This document shows, piece by piece, positions 11,737-24,117 of a DNA stretch of 64,000 nucleotides. The stretch comes from Camelus ferus (taxonomy: Eukaryota), in contig NC_045709.1 of assembly GCF_009834535.1 (NCBI RefSeq), positions 26,970,001 through 27,034,000 on the forward strand, read 5' to 3'. Positions within the stretch are counted from its first letter, which is position 1. Each line of letters opens with the position of its first letter. A program made the translations under genes and the position numbers. Under the pieces are notes generated by a model. That model saw only the letters and a program-made list of their open reading frames with translations, was not told the origin of the DNA and did not search any database.

Positions 11737-12348
11737 AAATTTTCCGTACAATCTGTATTCCATGTCTGTGAGTCTGTTTCTGTTTTGTATTTATGTTCTT
11801 TTTTTTTTTTTTTAGATTCCGCATATGAGCGATCTCATATGGTATTTTTCTTTCTCTTTCTGGCTTACTTCATTTAGAATGACATTCTCCAGGGACATCC
11901 ACGTTGCCGCAAATGGCGTTATGTTGTTGGTTTTTATGGCTGAGTAGTATTCCATTGTATAAATATACCACATCTTCTTTATCCAGTCATCTGGCGATGG
12001 ACATTTAGGCTGTCTCCATGTCTTGGCTGTTGTAAATAGTGCTGCTATGAACTTTGGGGTGCAGGTTGCCAAGGGGGAAGAGGGTGGAAAGGGACAGACT
12101 GAGAGTTTGAAATTCGTAGATACTGACAGGCATAGGTAGAACAGAGAAACCAGATTGTACTCTGTAGCACAGGGAAACATACAAGCTCTTGTGGTGGCTC
12201 ACAGCGAAAAAGAATGTGACAATGAACGTATGGATGTTCACGTATAACTGAAAAGTTGTGCGCTACACTGGAAATTGACACAACATTGTAAACTGACTAT
12301 AACTCAACGAAAAAAGTTTAAAAAAATTAAAAAAAATTTTCCATACAA
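11737..12348 (+). mobile_element. Young L1 insertion with 5' inversion (twin priming) and TSD
   Basis: Antisense ORF2 C-terminus/3'UTR at 11748-12063 (CTPKFIAALFTTAKTWRQPKCP...RSLICGI*) joined to sense 3'UTR plus poly(A) at 12064-12336. TSD aaattttcc(g/a)tacaa at 11737-11751 and 12334-12348. Confidence 0.92.
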
Positions 12349-12429
12349 ATGTGATAGTTTCAGAGTGACAAAGTTTGAAAATTAGATAAGAGAAAAAGGA
12401 AAAAAAATCAGCCTTGGTCCTGCCACCCA

Positions 12430-12740
12430 CCGGCAAATATAATATAATCATGAATACCTTGGTGTGCTTTGTTCCAGTCTATTTTTGTGTAAGTTTTGTT
12501 GGTTCTGTGTAAGTCTGCTCCTGCCAAATCCTGCTTACAAACCCTGTCACACTTTATCGTGTGCATGGTTCTACATTAATACACATTTCTCTTAATCCTC
12601 GTTTTTAAACATTAGTTATTGTGAATCTGTAATGAACATTTTTGTGCCTTAAATCTTCTCCATATTTAACAGCTTTTTCGGAGGATGGATTCCAAGAAAT
12701 GAGATTAAGTGATCAAGCCCTACTTACACTTGAGAAGCCT
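12430..12740 (-). mobile_element. Ancient L1M(E) 3' fragment
   Basis: gtaatgaacatttttgtgcc...ggattccaagaaatgagatt resembles the reverse L1ME ORF2 end. Confidence 0.45.
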
Positions 12741-13516
12741 GGGGTAAATGTGCATGCTGATCATCGACACAAGAATCTGCCATATACTGATGGATAATTA
12801 GGAAACAATTATTACGATTATTATTTTAAAATGTTTCTTTGTTTTAAGAAAATTGCTTTGCTTTTTTATTTTAATTTGCATTCCTTTGAAAAGATCTTCT
12901 CATATCCTCTCTCGAATATTTCTGTCTGTTATTTGAGTAATATGAAGTGGTGATGATTCGTTCAGCAGTGCATTATTAAGGCTTGGGGTTCTGGCGTCTT
13001 CCAGTTCACGTGTCCTCTCATTCTGCTCACTCATTCTCTCCTCCATTCGCTCCCCATGCCAGTCATTCTGAGAACCTGAATGCAAGGGAGGTACCCTGAG
13101 CCCTGTATTTGCTCGCCCTGGTTTCTGCGAGGCTGCGAGCCTTGCTGTCAGGGAGGCTGGACTGTGTGTGCACCGGGTGCGATGGTCGAGACCAGATCAC
13201 TTTTGCAATTTTCACTCCTGTGATTTCTTGAAAAAACCCCTCTCTTCTAAGTTACAGGTTGTAGGGCTGTAGCTTTATTTTAACGTGATGACCAAGCATG
13301 CTCTAGCCTCCAAGTACTGGAGGAAAGAAAGTTATTTTAATTACTCTGCTTTAAGCAGTGGCCAAATTGAAAACTAGCCAACATTATCACACTGCAGTGA
13401 AGAACTTGTGGACAGAGACCCAAGTGTCCCTTCAACTTCTCACCGGTGTTTTACTTTTGGTGAATATCCTCAGTGACGCTCTCTCTCTCTCCCTCCCTCC
13501 CTCTCACCTCCTTCAG

Positions 13517-13560
13517 CGAAACTTCAGCATCTGACACAGTGAGACAGCAGCTGAGAGGAG
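13517..13560 (+). ncRNA. Candidate 44-nt internal exon
   Basis: Branch-like GTGAC (~13473), ~35-nt pure polypyrimidine tract, CAG acceptor at 13514-13516, donor GAG|GTGAGG at 13560/13561. Confidence 0.3.
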
Positions 13561-14361
13561 GTGAGGCAGTCAGGTCAGACTGCAGGTAGGATGTTGGGTG
13601 AACGGAGGTAAAGGACGGTGACAGAGAAGGTGTCACTTACAGACTCAGGCCTTCCTAATTAGGGATGGTGACGTGTGAGCCTCTCACTCCCTCGGAACCC
13701 CTCCCTGGCCCTGCCATTCCCCATCTTCGCCGTCACTACAGAAAACCTCCCCAGGCTAGACGGGTGTTCACAGCAGCAAGTCGTTAGCCAAATTAATTAA
13801 CTTCTTTTCTTTCTGTGTAAACATCCATGCTCAAAGCTAATTGCTCATTTAATGAAAACCTTCAGCCTTAATCAGGGCGACCTTACACACTTAAGAGACA
13901 TCAACCGCCTTCATTGCTATGAGCCTGAAACAGAGACAGCGACACACGGTAAACAGACAGCGATCCAGGACAGAGAGTTACCGTTTGCAGCACAGCGCTC
14001 ACCGTCAACGGCTTCTTGCAAAGTTGGACTGACTTTGGGATGTTTTCGGAGAGGAGAGGACTTTGGGGATTTTTAATTGTTACCCTTTTTCTCTTGTTTT
14101 ATTATTAATATTCCATTTTTTGGTTTTCTGCTTCTTTTTAAATAAACAGTTTTTGGAATTCAATCTTTGGATGGTCATCTTTTCTTTTAGAGCTAAGCAT
14201 TCGATTTCTTTTTAAAATGACGTTTTCTTTCTGAATAAAGGTTTTCAGTTGACTTTCAATCAGAAAATTACTTTCATCGCTTTGTCTATAGAGTAAGATC
14301 ACTCGCATAATTCATAGAAATGGCAGCAGCAGCCACAAATGTCACTTAAGAAAAGTAAGTC

Positions 14362-14442
14362 AAGAAAATGTAAAAACACAACATTGTAGAATGACTATAA
14401 CTCAGTAAAAAAATGTTAAAAAAAAAAAAGAAAATGTAAAAA
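14362..14442 (+). mobile_element. Ultra-short L1 3'-end insertion (~50 bp) with 15-bp TSD
   Basis: cacaacattgtagaatgactataactca plus poly(A), flanked by aagaaaatgtaaaaa at 14362-14376 and 14428-14442. Same family as the 12280-12310 L1 end. Confidence 0.88.
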
Positions 14443-15268
14443 GATAAAAAAGCAAACTAAGGGCCATGGACCACGGGACCTGGTGGCCCCCCCCCGGTGG
14501 CACAAAGACCCCCACTTACCCAACGCGACCTCCTCTCTCCTGGAGCTGTCGCCACTCCCGTATCTTTCTGTGAGTCCTGATTATACTGGGGGCTTATAAT
14601 TCAGTTTCTTGTTCACTTTTCATAAGTAGATCCCGAGTTCCCAGGTGACACACCATTATCACGTCCACCTTTGTTTTGCCCACGTGCTTAGTGGAATGCT
14701 TGTGGACTGAAGGCACTGAAATCCTTGCTGTGTGGATAGATGTTTTATTGTCTTGATTCTCGCTACTTCTCAACATGAATTCGTGTTTGCTGAAGAGATA
14801 CGCATGTTGACATCCTTGAATATTCCTGGAGCAGACAGATAATGTAAACCATTTGCAGAAAACCATTTCTGGCAAAAGGGTCCTCAATGACGCCTGTCGA
14901 AGGAGACTCAAACCTTTTTTACCCTGGGGTTCAATTAGTCGCAATTTGACTGATGTGCTGGGGAAGCGAACGCGTGATCCTTCTTTCTTGGTCGAGTTTT
15001 AATTTAATTTGTCCTTTGCTTGTAAAGAAGTCCTTTCAGGGCCTTTCTCTTCCAGTTGGGTTCCTATTTAGGGTATTTAGAGACTTGAGACAAACATTTC
15101 TTCTCATTTGTCCTGCGTAGTTATCTGTGTTTAGGTATGATTTCTAATGTTTATAAATACTTGAGCAGAAGTACATGGATATATCAGGAAAGTTTAGGAT
15201 AAAACTTTCTTTTATTCAGTCTCTACTATTTAGTTCTAAAGTAAGTTGTGCTTGATTCCTTGGGGGAA

Positions 15269-15457
15269 AAAGAAATACATGGTTATATCAATATCTTGTA
15301 GTAACCTATACTGAAAAAATATGAAAAGGCGTATATGTCCATGTATGCCTGAAACATTATGTTGTACACCAGAAATCAACACAATATTAAGCCTACTATA
15401 TACATCAATAAAAAATTTAAAAAACCCAAACAACCACAACAAAAAATAAATACAGGG
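15269..15457 (+). mobile_element. L1 3'UTR fragment
   Basis: caatatcttgtagtaacctat...tgtacaccagaaatcaacacaa...A-tail. Approximate TSD aaa(g/t)aaataca(t/g)gg. Confidence 0.85.
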
Positions 15458-16239
15458 GAAGAATAACTGGAGATTATCTATGTCCTGCATCCCCTCAGTT
15501 GGAATGTTGGCCTCTTATGAGCTGAGTGACACAAATAGTCAAACTCTGGGAAAATACCAATATTTCTTTAATAACATATTACGAGTGGGCTCTGACACGA
15601 ATCCTATCTATGATAATTTGCTATGAAAAAGCATGGTGTTCTGCATGGAATGAGTTGCCTTTGGACAATCGAAGGCATAAAACGGATTTTAAATCCGGTC
15701 TGTTGGAAACACAGCCCTTATTTAAGGAAATCGTTGGAATTTATTTTAAAAATTGTGTGGTTAAATGATTTTTGTGATTTTTTTTTTTAAACCATGTTGA
15801 AGTTTTGACAAGCTTTTGGCCTATCCCCATGATTCCCCATCTGGGCCCTTGTAATGATTTCTTAGCTGGTTTAGCATTTGCTCTCAGACATGGTTCCCTT
15901 ATGCAGAGCCTTGTGGGTTGAGAGGAATAAAAAAGGACTTAAAAAAATTTCTTTTTTTTGGGCTGTTGAAAGCATTGAGAGAGCAAGCATTCAATCTCCC
16001 TAGGCGTGTAATCAAAGAGGTCGACAACCTTAAAACACATTTCCCCACGCTCTTCATATACCTTTACTTGCATTATTTCTCTGTGTCCTGTTTGAGATCA
16101 TGGTATTTACTGTCTGGTTAATAACACATTCTGGTTTGTTGAACACGTTTTATGGAACGCTCAGTATGTATCCATTGCTGTGGAAAACGCCGTAACACAC
16201 GATTTTACTTCATCTTGGTAACAACCCTTGGAGGCCTTT

Positions 16240-16320
16240 AGTCTTAGGAGAATTCTTGTGGGAAAGAGAAACGGAGGCTCAGAAGCAGTTAGGTGAACGG
16301 CTGGGATGTCGGTTCGCTTG
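16240..16320 (-). mobile_element. MIR fragment
   Basis: gagaaacggaggctcagaagcagttaggtgaac. Confidence 0.55.
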
Positions 16321-16829
16321 CGCCAGCTTCCCGAGCTGCAGTTTGTTTCATGTGCAGTTGCTTCTGGGAAAGCTGGCCTCACACGTAAGTGAGGTCGTGG
16401 ATGGAGTTGCGGAGCACAGCGACCAGCAGACGTCTAGGGTCGTTCCTTGTAACAGGGTAATCCCTGATTTGTCTTCAAAGGCCCACGTGTATGCCTCTCA
16501 GACTCCACTGAGCGCGCTGAGCCTCCTGGGGGCTGATGGAGCGTGAAGGTCACGCTTTCCACCGGCTCCTGGCCCAGGAGTTTCATGCTCTGATTTCAAG
16601 ACCTGTGGTCCCGGCACGGAGAGTGGTGAGCTCACCGATCCTGGGAATGGTTTAAAGCCTAGTAACAGCTCGTCTGGTGGGAGTCGCCTGGGGTGGCTTT
16701 GCTGGACTGCGGAGCAGAATCGGCTGGTTTTCAGGGATATGTGTGGTGTCTGGTGCAACCTGAGCGTCTTTTGATTAAGGATGATTTTGAGTATATGGTT
16801 CATCAGGGCCTTACACTCAGTGATCTTTT

Positions 16830-17225
16830 TCTTTCTTTTCTTTTCTTTTTTTACTGGAGTATTGTTGATGTGCAATGTTGTGTTAGTTTCTGGCGTGCAG
16901 CAAAGTGATTCCGTTACACGTGTGTATTCTTTGCCATTATATAGGTCACTACAGGGTGTTGAATGGGGTGCCCTGCGCTCTACAACAGGGCTTTGTCGTG
17001 TATCTGCCTTACACACAGTAGTGTGCAGCTGCAACTCCTGAACTACTGATTCATCCCTTCCCCTCCCCCTCCCCCCTGGTAACCATAAGTTGTTTTCTAT
17101 GTGTTTGAGTCTGTTTCTGTTTTGTAAATAAGTTCATTTGTGTCATTTGTTTAGATTCCACACGTGAGTGACATCATGAGATTCGTCTTTCTCTGTCTGG
17201 TTTGGTTCACAGAGTATGATCATCC
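16830..17225 (-). mobile_element. L1 3' fragment, cetartiodactyl-type
   Basis: caatgttgtgttagtttctgg...ctggtaaccataagtt...gagtctgtttctgttttgtaaataagttc. Confidence 0.85.
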
Positions 17226-19690
17226 TGTGATCTTTCGCTGTTGGACAGAGCAGACCCCCCCACCCTCCTCCCATGGACGGGCCTACCTTTTGGTTACAGT
17301 GTCAGAAAATTAGTGATTTGCCAAGCAGTTTCTATTCATAGGGTACATAAGGGTTAAGTGTGGGTTTTGATTCACTGTGAATTTTCACTGCCTTTTAGCA
17401 GGGCACGAAGTGCTCTAACAATGTTAATATTTAAGTTCTGTGGTTCTGTACACTGTGCTGAAAAAGAAAAATAGCAACATAGCCTGGATGTGTTGCCAGA
17501 GCTCAGTGTTTCCTCACTTCAGCTCCACACCAAGGTTTGTGAGCCTGAAATATGGCCAGGTGGGCCTGAACAAGACGAATCTGTGAACATTGAATGTCAA
17601 AACCACATCCATTAAGAGGTGAGAAGCGAAACTAACTACGAGGTTTTGGACCCACAGATAAGTGGTGGGAGAGGAATTTGATCCTGAACTTTCTGTGAGC
17701 TGGAGAACTTGGACACAAATAGAGAGAAGCTCCTCCCTGATTTCAGATTCCTCCGGGAGGGTCGTCACCAGGGAACTTCCTAACTGTCTTCTGGGCTTGA
17801 GACCTGCCACGCTGTCTCAGGCTGTAAGATGTCTGATTTGGGACTGAGATAACCAGGCCTTCCGCTGGGATGCCCAGTGCTTGAGGCTGATGGGCGGGGC
17901 CTGGGAGCCTGCCTGGATGGACCACAGCTGCTTAGTGCTGTGAAGTAAGCTTTGCAGGTGACGGTGACCTCTCCTCGATGCATTAGAAATCAGGGCCCCG
18001 CCCTGCCAGCCAGCCACTTCATCAGTGTCCGGTAAACACCTGTTGTCCTTGGAACAGAGACCGGCGTAATTCCCTCACAACGACAAGACGTGCCTTTTCA
18101 CCTACGGAAAATCATAGCTCCAGGGCAGGGAGGGCTAGCGTGACCAGAGAGGAGCTCCCAGGGCTCCTTCCATGCAACGGCACTAACCCCATCAAGAGGC
18201 CCCGCCGCCTCGTCTAGCCCTAATTCCCCCCGAAGTCCCGCCCCCAAGCACCGTCACCCTAGGGGGAGGGCCTCAGCGTAGGGACTTTGAGGACGTGGCT
18301 CAGGCACCGCAGCGGCTGACCCGGCGTCCAGGAGTGCCTCTGCCCCGGGGAAGCAAGCGCGCAGAGCTTGCCTCTCCCAGCTGGTGCCGGCCTGTCCCCA
18401 GACTGCAGGTTAGCTGCTGGCCCAGAGCCCCGGTACCCTGACAAACCTCAGAGGAGCCCAAGGCCCCCGGTCTCCCAAGCTCTGTCTCGCTGTGAGGGGA
18501 GAGCAGCTCCCGCTCCGACCCTTCACATCTTCACGTTGAAGCCGGCCGTTGCCACTCCAGGTGACTTAACCTTTCTGACTGTTCTAGTTTTTGGTTTCAT
18601 TTTGCTCCACAAGCTCAGACTTCCATCTCTTCATCCCAGCAAAGGAAAGCAAATAAAGCAGTCATAAAAGAGAAAAAAGCAAAATGAAAAGGAAGGAAGC
18701 CCAATATAAAAAGGCCTGGTATCAAGGCCAAGAAGCTACGGCATCTGTAGTTGACCATAAACCACTTTTTTGCATAAAAGTTCCTCCCAATTCTACTGTT
18801 ACTGTTCTCTTTGTTTGCATTAGCTAGTGAAAGGATGTGAATTAACTAAGTTCCTGGTCCCCGAGAAACTGCCATCGACTCAGCCAAGCCTTCCCTGAAA
18901 TACAATAATTTAGCAAATATTTATCTTGGAATTCCGTACAAAATAATTGTATCCCCCCGCGTTATGTGCTCACACTCTGTGCCCTGAACAGGATGACAGT
19001 TGTATCCTGTATCCGATCATAAAATATGCTGGAATTAGCCTCTGCTCTCAATTAACCACCTTCTTATGGACCTTTTACCATTTTATCCTGTAGCTGAAAT
19101 AATTAGATCCGCATTTTCAAGGCTTTGAAGAATAGCTTCTGACAATTTGCACTGAGTTTAGCCAAACTTGCTTAGAAAATACAATTAGAAAATCAAAAAG
19201 AACCTTGAAGATTCAGATGGACCCATTCTAGACCCGCACAGAAGCATGGCACTGAAATGGAGGCGCGAGCGCCTGCAGAGCTGCTGCCCACAGCCCCACG
19301 TCTGGTGACTTTCCAGGCCGAGCCCTCGAAGCCACCGAGGGAAAACCTGAGAGCCTGGCGCTCCGCGGCCTCACGGTCAATGAGTTATCCAGGCATCTTG
19401 CTGGTTAGCTATCGAGGCCTGTCCTGATCTCTCTGCCTTTTTAAAAAGAAGTATTTTCTGCTTCCAGTCTCCATACATCGTTCCCAGAATTGTTCCCGTA
19501 CGAATGGTCACTAACTTCTCTAAGAATTTCTTACATGCTCAGAAGAAACTGGGTCCCATTTTCTGTTTTACTGACAATGGGACCTGAAGGCAGAAGACAT
19601 TTGAGGTTGCAAAGTCACTTTCTTAAGAGTAAAAGCATTTATGCCCGGTAAGGATAAAATGACGCTAACTTATTTTTTAGAATTCTTTAC

Positions 19691-20008
19691 TGTTAGACAT
19701 TGGATTGCCCCCCCACATTCCTATGTTGAAGCTGTCACCCCCAAGACCTCGGGATGGGGCCTGTGGGGCTGTGGCTGACGTCATGACGGTGTCCTCACAC
19801 AAAGGGGATGTTTGGGCCCCAGTGTGCACAGGGAGACTGTTGTTGAAGAGGTGGGCAGGGGTGGGAGATGCCCAGGAGCGCTGGGAGAGGCAGGGACAGA
19901 ACCTCCATCACGGCCTTGGAGGGGCCAGCCTACGGACACCGTGGCTGTGGTCTTCTGGCCTCCGACCCCGTGCATCTGTGAATTTGTCACAGCCGCCCTA
20001 GCAAACGG
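19691..20008 (+). mobile_element. MLT1 (A/B-like) MaLR LTR
   Basis: Begins tgttagacattggattgccccccca...tatgttgaagc and ends acagccgccctagcaaac. Confidence 0.8.
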
Positions 20009-21217
20009 CCAGCTTGCATACTTTCTTGAGGTTGAATTTGTAGTGTATAGAATTTCTTACTTTAAAGGGACTAAAGAAGTCCCATGCCTTGTGGATTTAG
20101 AAATATTCATGATACTAAGCCCCTCAACCCTGCAGACGGCGACACTTAACTCTTCGGTGACTTTTACAGCTTTGGCCTAATGTTGGCTCGGCCTCAAGCC
20201 AGTGGATGTTTGCTAATTCACACGGCTGAACTAAGTTCAAGTGGAAATGCGGCCGGAACACCCCCACCCGAGAAGGCAGACGCTGGCCAGGGACCGCGCG
20301 AGTCTCAACGGTCCTGGGCACCGGCCCGGAGCGTCGAGGAGTAAAACCTCAGGCACCCAGGGCTGCGCGTGTCTGCTTGTTGACAGAGAACGCGAGGCCC
20401 TGGCTTTATAGCGCAAGTATCGTCTTCATTAATTTCCCAATTTTTATAACTTCAAGACATCCTACTAGATTTAAGGCATCCTGGCCCTTTGCCCTGAGCA
20501 AGTTTCTGGGGGCAGGGCATTTTGGTCACAACCCTAAAATTATCATCTGAATTTATTTCCCCATATTTATAGCTTTAGACTTTTTGATTAGATTCAATTC
20601 ATCTCCCTCACCTCCAATCTCTCTAAACCCTGGGGAAAGAAAAGCAAGCACATTTGACTTTTGCTAAAAATATGATCCGGAAGGAGAGACCGAGAAAACA
20701 CCTGCAAATGGAGAAGGATTTCCTCTGGGTTCTGTGCTGCCTGCTTCCCCGACTCTGCCGGCGCTGAGGGGGGCTGGCTTGTTTATTTGCCTGATTGTTT
20801 TTATAACTGCAACGCTTCTGGGGACTTCTAATATTCAAGCATCTTGGATGTTTTACGCCTTTCACCGGTTTGGACCGAATTTCTTTGTCCAGAGTCAGAG
20901 CCCTGTCTGCAGCCCGCGATTCCAGGGCCGAGCTCAGGACGGCGTCTGTCCGGGAGGGTTCCGGAGAGGCTGCCCGGCGAGAGGCAGGCGTGCAGTCAGC
21001 ATCCAGGTGTGTGCGTTGCTGCGAGTCTGAGAGACTTCACTGCTTCCTCTGATTACGTATCACAGGTCTTCACTCATTTTGTTGATCAAAAGAAAGGACC
21101 AAAGTGACAGACAGAAGTTTCAGAGTGGACTGAGCAGTGCACTGCCCGCCACTGGCTTGTACTGCAGGGAGAACTGAAGTAAAGCAAGCTTGTAACAACT
21201 CGACAGAGAGACAGTTA

Positions 21218-21380
21218 GGGGGAGGGTGGAGCTCAGTGGCAGAGCGTGTGTCTAGCATGCACACGGTCCTGGGCTCAGTCCTCAGGACCGCCATTAAAAA
21301 ATATAAGTAAGTAAATAAAACCCCAATTGCGTCCCCCCAAAATAAAATAATAAATTAAAAAAAGGTAAAATAAAAAAAAG
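21218..21380 (+). mobile_element. Camelid tRNA-derived SINE (Vic-1 type)
   Basis: ggggagggtggagctcagtggcagagcgtgtgtctagcatgcacacggtcctgggctcagtcc with A/B-box remnants, followed by the AT-rich tail and aattgcgtcccccc motif. Confidence 0.85.
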
Positions 21381-21485
21381 TCTTAAAGCAATTTTATAAC
21401 ATCAAAAATACTATTTTAGAGTGGAATGAAGTTGAAGGGAGAGGTGACTTTCAGGTCTCAGCCTTTGCCTGACACAGAGGAGATT

Positions 21486-21506
21486 GGGATGGGCTGGGGG
21501 CGGGGG
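21486..21506 (+). other. Canonical G-quadruplex motif
   Basis: GGG-AT-GGG-CT-GGGGG-C-GGGGG. Confidence 0.6.
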
Positions 21507-21855
21507 TCTCTGGGCACCGTGGGAGGAAAGGGGGTGCTGGGTGCGAGGGGTGGCAGCTGCCAGTGCAGGGGGCATGGAGGAAGTTACATAGAAGGGGCCA
21601 GAGGCATGCTTCTATAGCCACACTGGCCTAGGAGTGACCTCTGGAGCCAGGACGGAGTAGGGACACATGGTCCGAGGCATTCTCTTCCCTGCTTGTGGCC
21701 TCACCCTGTCTTGTCCACACCCTAATCCTGAGCTGGCCCCTCTGTGCTGCCTCCAGACTCGGACCACAGACTGGGACGGTGGCCCTGAGCCCCGCTGGTT
21801 CCTTGCTTGGTGCTGGATGAAGACGGAAGGCGAGTCCTAGGTTCCTGCCCAGCTC

Positions 21856-21935
21856 GACCTTGGACAAGGTCACTGTTGACCTTGGACAGGTCACGTCTCA
21901 CCTCTTGTGGCTTTGGTTTCCTGTCTTATAAAATC
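21856..21935 (+). mobile_element. MIR fragment with internal tandem duplication
   Basis: gaccttggaca(a)ggtcac occurs twice, followed by ...ggtttcctgtcttataaaat. Confidence 0.6.
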
Positions 21936-22184
21936 TTTCTTGGTAGTTCTTTAACTTTTATAAAACCATGTCTTTCAAATACAATTTTATCTGCAAACCT
22001 CACATGTAAAAGCAGAATATAACGTGTGTGCTCCCAGCTGTTGGTGCCTCTCACTCTCCCTCCCGGCCCAGTCGGGACCCTCACCCATCACAGCCCCGGG
22101 CAGCTCCTCCATGACATTCTGGGTGCAGGGGAAAGGATTGGGAAGCACTGCTCTGTAGGACGTGACACTCAAAAAAATGCCTGC

Positions 22185-22445
22185 TGTGGTTACCAGTGGG
22201 GAAAGGGGCGGGGAGGGCTAGATTAGGAGTTTGGGATTAACAGACACACAACAACAAGGACCTGCTGTATAGCATGGGGAACTATATTCAGTTTCTTGGA
22301 ACAAGCCATAATGGAAAAGAAACTGAAAAAACATACGTGTGTGTGTCTATATATATACATATATATATCTGAGTTGCTGTCCTGCACACCTGAAACTGAC
22401 ATCGCAAACTGACCACACTTCAATAAAAAATAAGAATCAAAAAAA
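22185..22445 (+). mobile_element. L1 3'UTR fragment
   Basis: gtggttaccagtgggg...ggagtttgggattaacaga...cacttcaataaaaaa. Confidence 0.85.
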
Positions 22446-23589
22446 GGCCCTGCGGTGAACACTTTCAAAAAGCACCCCCTTCTAGCTCCTCCTGCGTTTC
22501 TCTGGAGAAGGGCTCTTTGGGGGTTCTGGCCCTCACTGCTCTGCAGCTCTGCATCCCTCAGAGCCGGGTTCAGGGCTGGGCTTCTCCAAGGGAAGCCAGT
22601 AACACTCCAGGATTGTCTCGGAGGGCACACTGCAGAGGCCGAGGATATCCAGTCTAGAAGGTTCTTTCCCGATCCAAGGTCAGAAAACTCGCCTCGAGAA
22701 GGAAAGTGGTTCTCAGCTCCAGCAGGGCGGGGCGGCGAGGATGCGGGGCAAGGAGGCAGGAAGGGTGGAAACTCCCCATTTAAACTAAACATTGGCATCT
22801 CAGGGAGGAGGCGGTGCACGCGGTGTTTATATTTGGAAACCCAAACATGTACATACTGTTTTCATAGTGCAAAAATAGAAAGCGAAGTGCAGTAAGAATC
22901 TTTGTCTTATGTATGGTGCAATTTATCATGCTTCTCGTCCAGACTAAGTTTTCTCTATTAAAGAAGAGCATGTTTTTATTCAAAAATGATGCTGATTTTC
23001 TTTTCTTTCAATGAAGGGAAGGTAGGGGAGCACAAAATTGTAACATTTAACAAAGAGGAGCACGGGCTTTAAATCTGCCAAAAACACTTATAAAGAGATT
23101 TTCCGTTTTCTCTTCCAGGGCTCCCTTGTCAACCTTGTTTATTCATCAATGACTTGGTGGAAATATTTAGTAACAATGACAAATTTGCACAGCCTTTCGC
23201 GGGTTCTGAGACACACTTCCTGTGCATAAAGCAGGCTTATTTAACTTGTGAATAACAAACGTGTGAGGGCGTTTGAACCAGGATCCCAAAAGATCTTGAC
23301 ACGTTGAAACGTGGGGCAATTCTGTAATTGGATGGAATTCAATGGTGATAAGTGTATCTGCTCACAAAAACTCCAACGGCATATTAGGTGTGGGAAAATC
23401 ACAGCTTAGCTAAAGCTTGTGTGAAACAGAACCTAGTTTAGCAGACAAAATGCTAAGTGTGCTAATCACGTGATGGGGTTGCCAAAAGACCGAAGGCAAC
23501 TTGAGCAGCATTAATAAAGATATTAACACTAGACCAAGGGAGGTGCTTCTCTTAATACCGACTGGAAAGATTGTGTCTAGAGATGAGAG

Positions 23590-23700
23590 GCAGGAGATAC
23601 AACATGGGGTTAAGAGTGTGGGTTCTGGAGTCTGTTTGCCTGAGTCCAGATCCCATGCCTACTACTTCCTGGCTGTGTGAGACTTGAGTAAGTCATCCAG
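23590..23700 (+). mobile_element. MIR
   Basis: ggttaagagtgtgggttctggagtc...tgcctgagtccagatccc...gctgtgtgagacttgagtaagtca. Confidence 0.8.
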
Positions 23701-23782
23701 CCACCCCATTCAACAGGGGCGCCTCTGTCGAATGGGGATGATGGCAGGAACGGCCTTTACAGAGGGCTTTGAGGATGAATGG

Positions 23783-24117
23783 GGTTAGCCTCATCTGGTC
23801 AGGCTGCCGTGACAAATACCGTACTGGGTGGCGTGAACAACAGAAGCCTGGAGGTCTCAGATCAAAGTGCTGGTCAGTTTTCTTCTGGGGAGAACTCTTC
23901 CTGTCGTGTAGACAGACAGCCACCTCATCACTGTGTCCTCACGTGGCAGAGGGAGCTCTGGTGTCTCTTCTTGTGAGGACACTAATCCTATTGGGTCAGG
24001 GCCCCACCCGTATAACCTCACTTAACTTTAACCTCCTCCAAAGTTCCCGTCTCCAAGTGCAGTCACACTGCGGGGTTGGCATGCCACGTACGAAGGAACA
24101 GAACTCAGTCCATCACA
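23783..24117 (-). mobile_element. MLT1A-like MaLR LTR
   Basis: caggctgccgtgacaaatacc...ctctggtgtctcttcttgtgaggacactaatcc...actcagtccatcaca. Confidence 0.85.

Noticed and set aside
21218-21295. Possible tRNA gene
   Set aside because: Degenerate stems plus the SINE tail identify it as a tRNA-derived SINE, not a functional tRNA.
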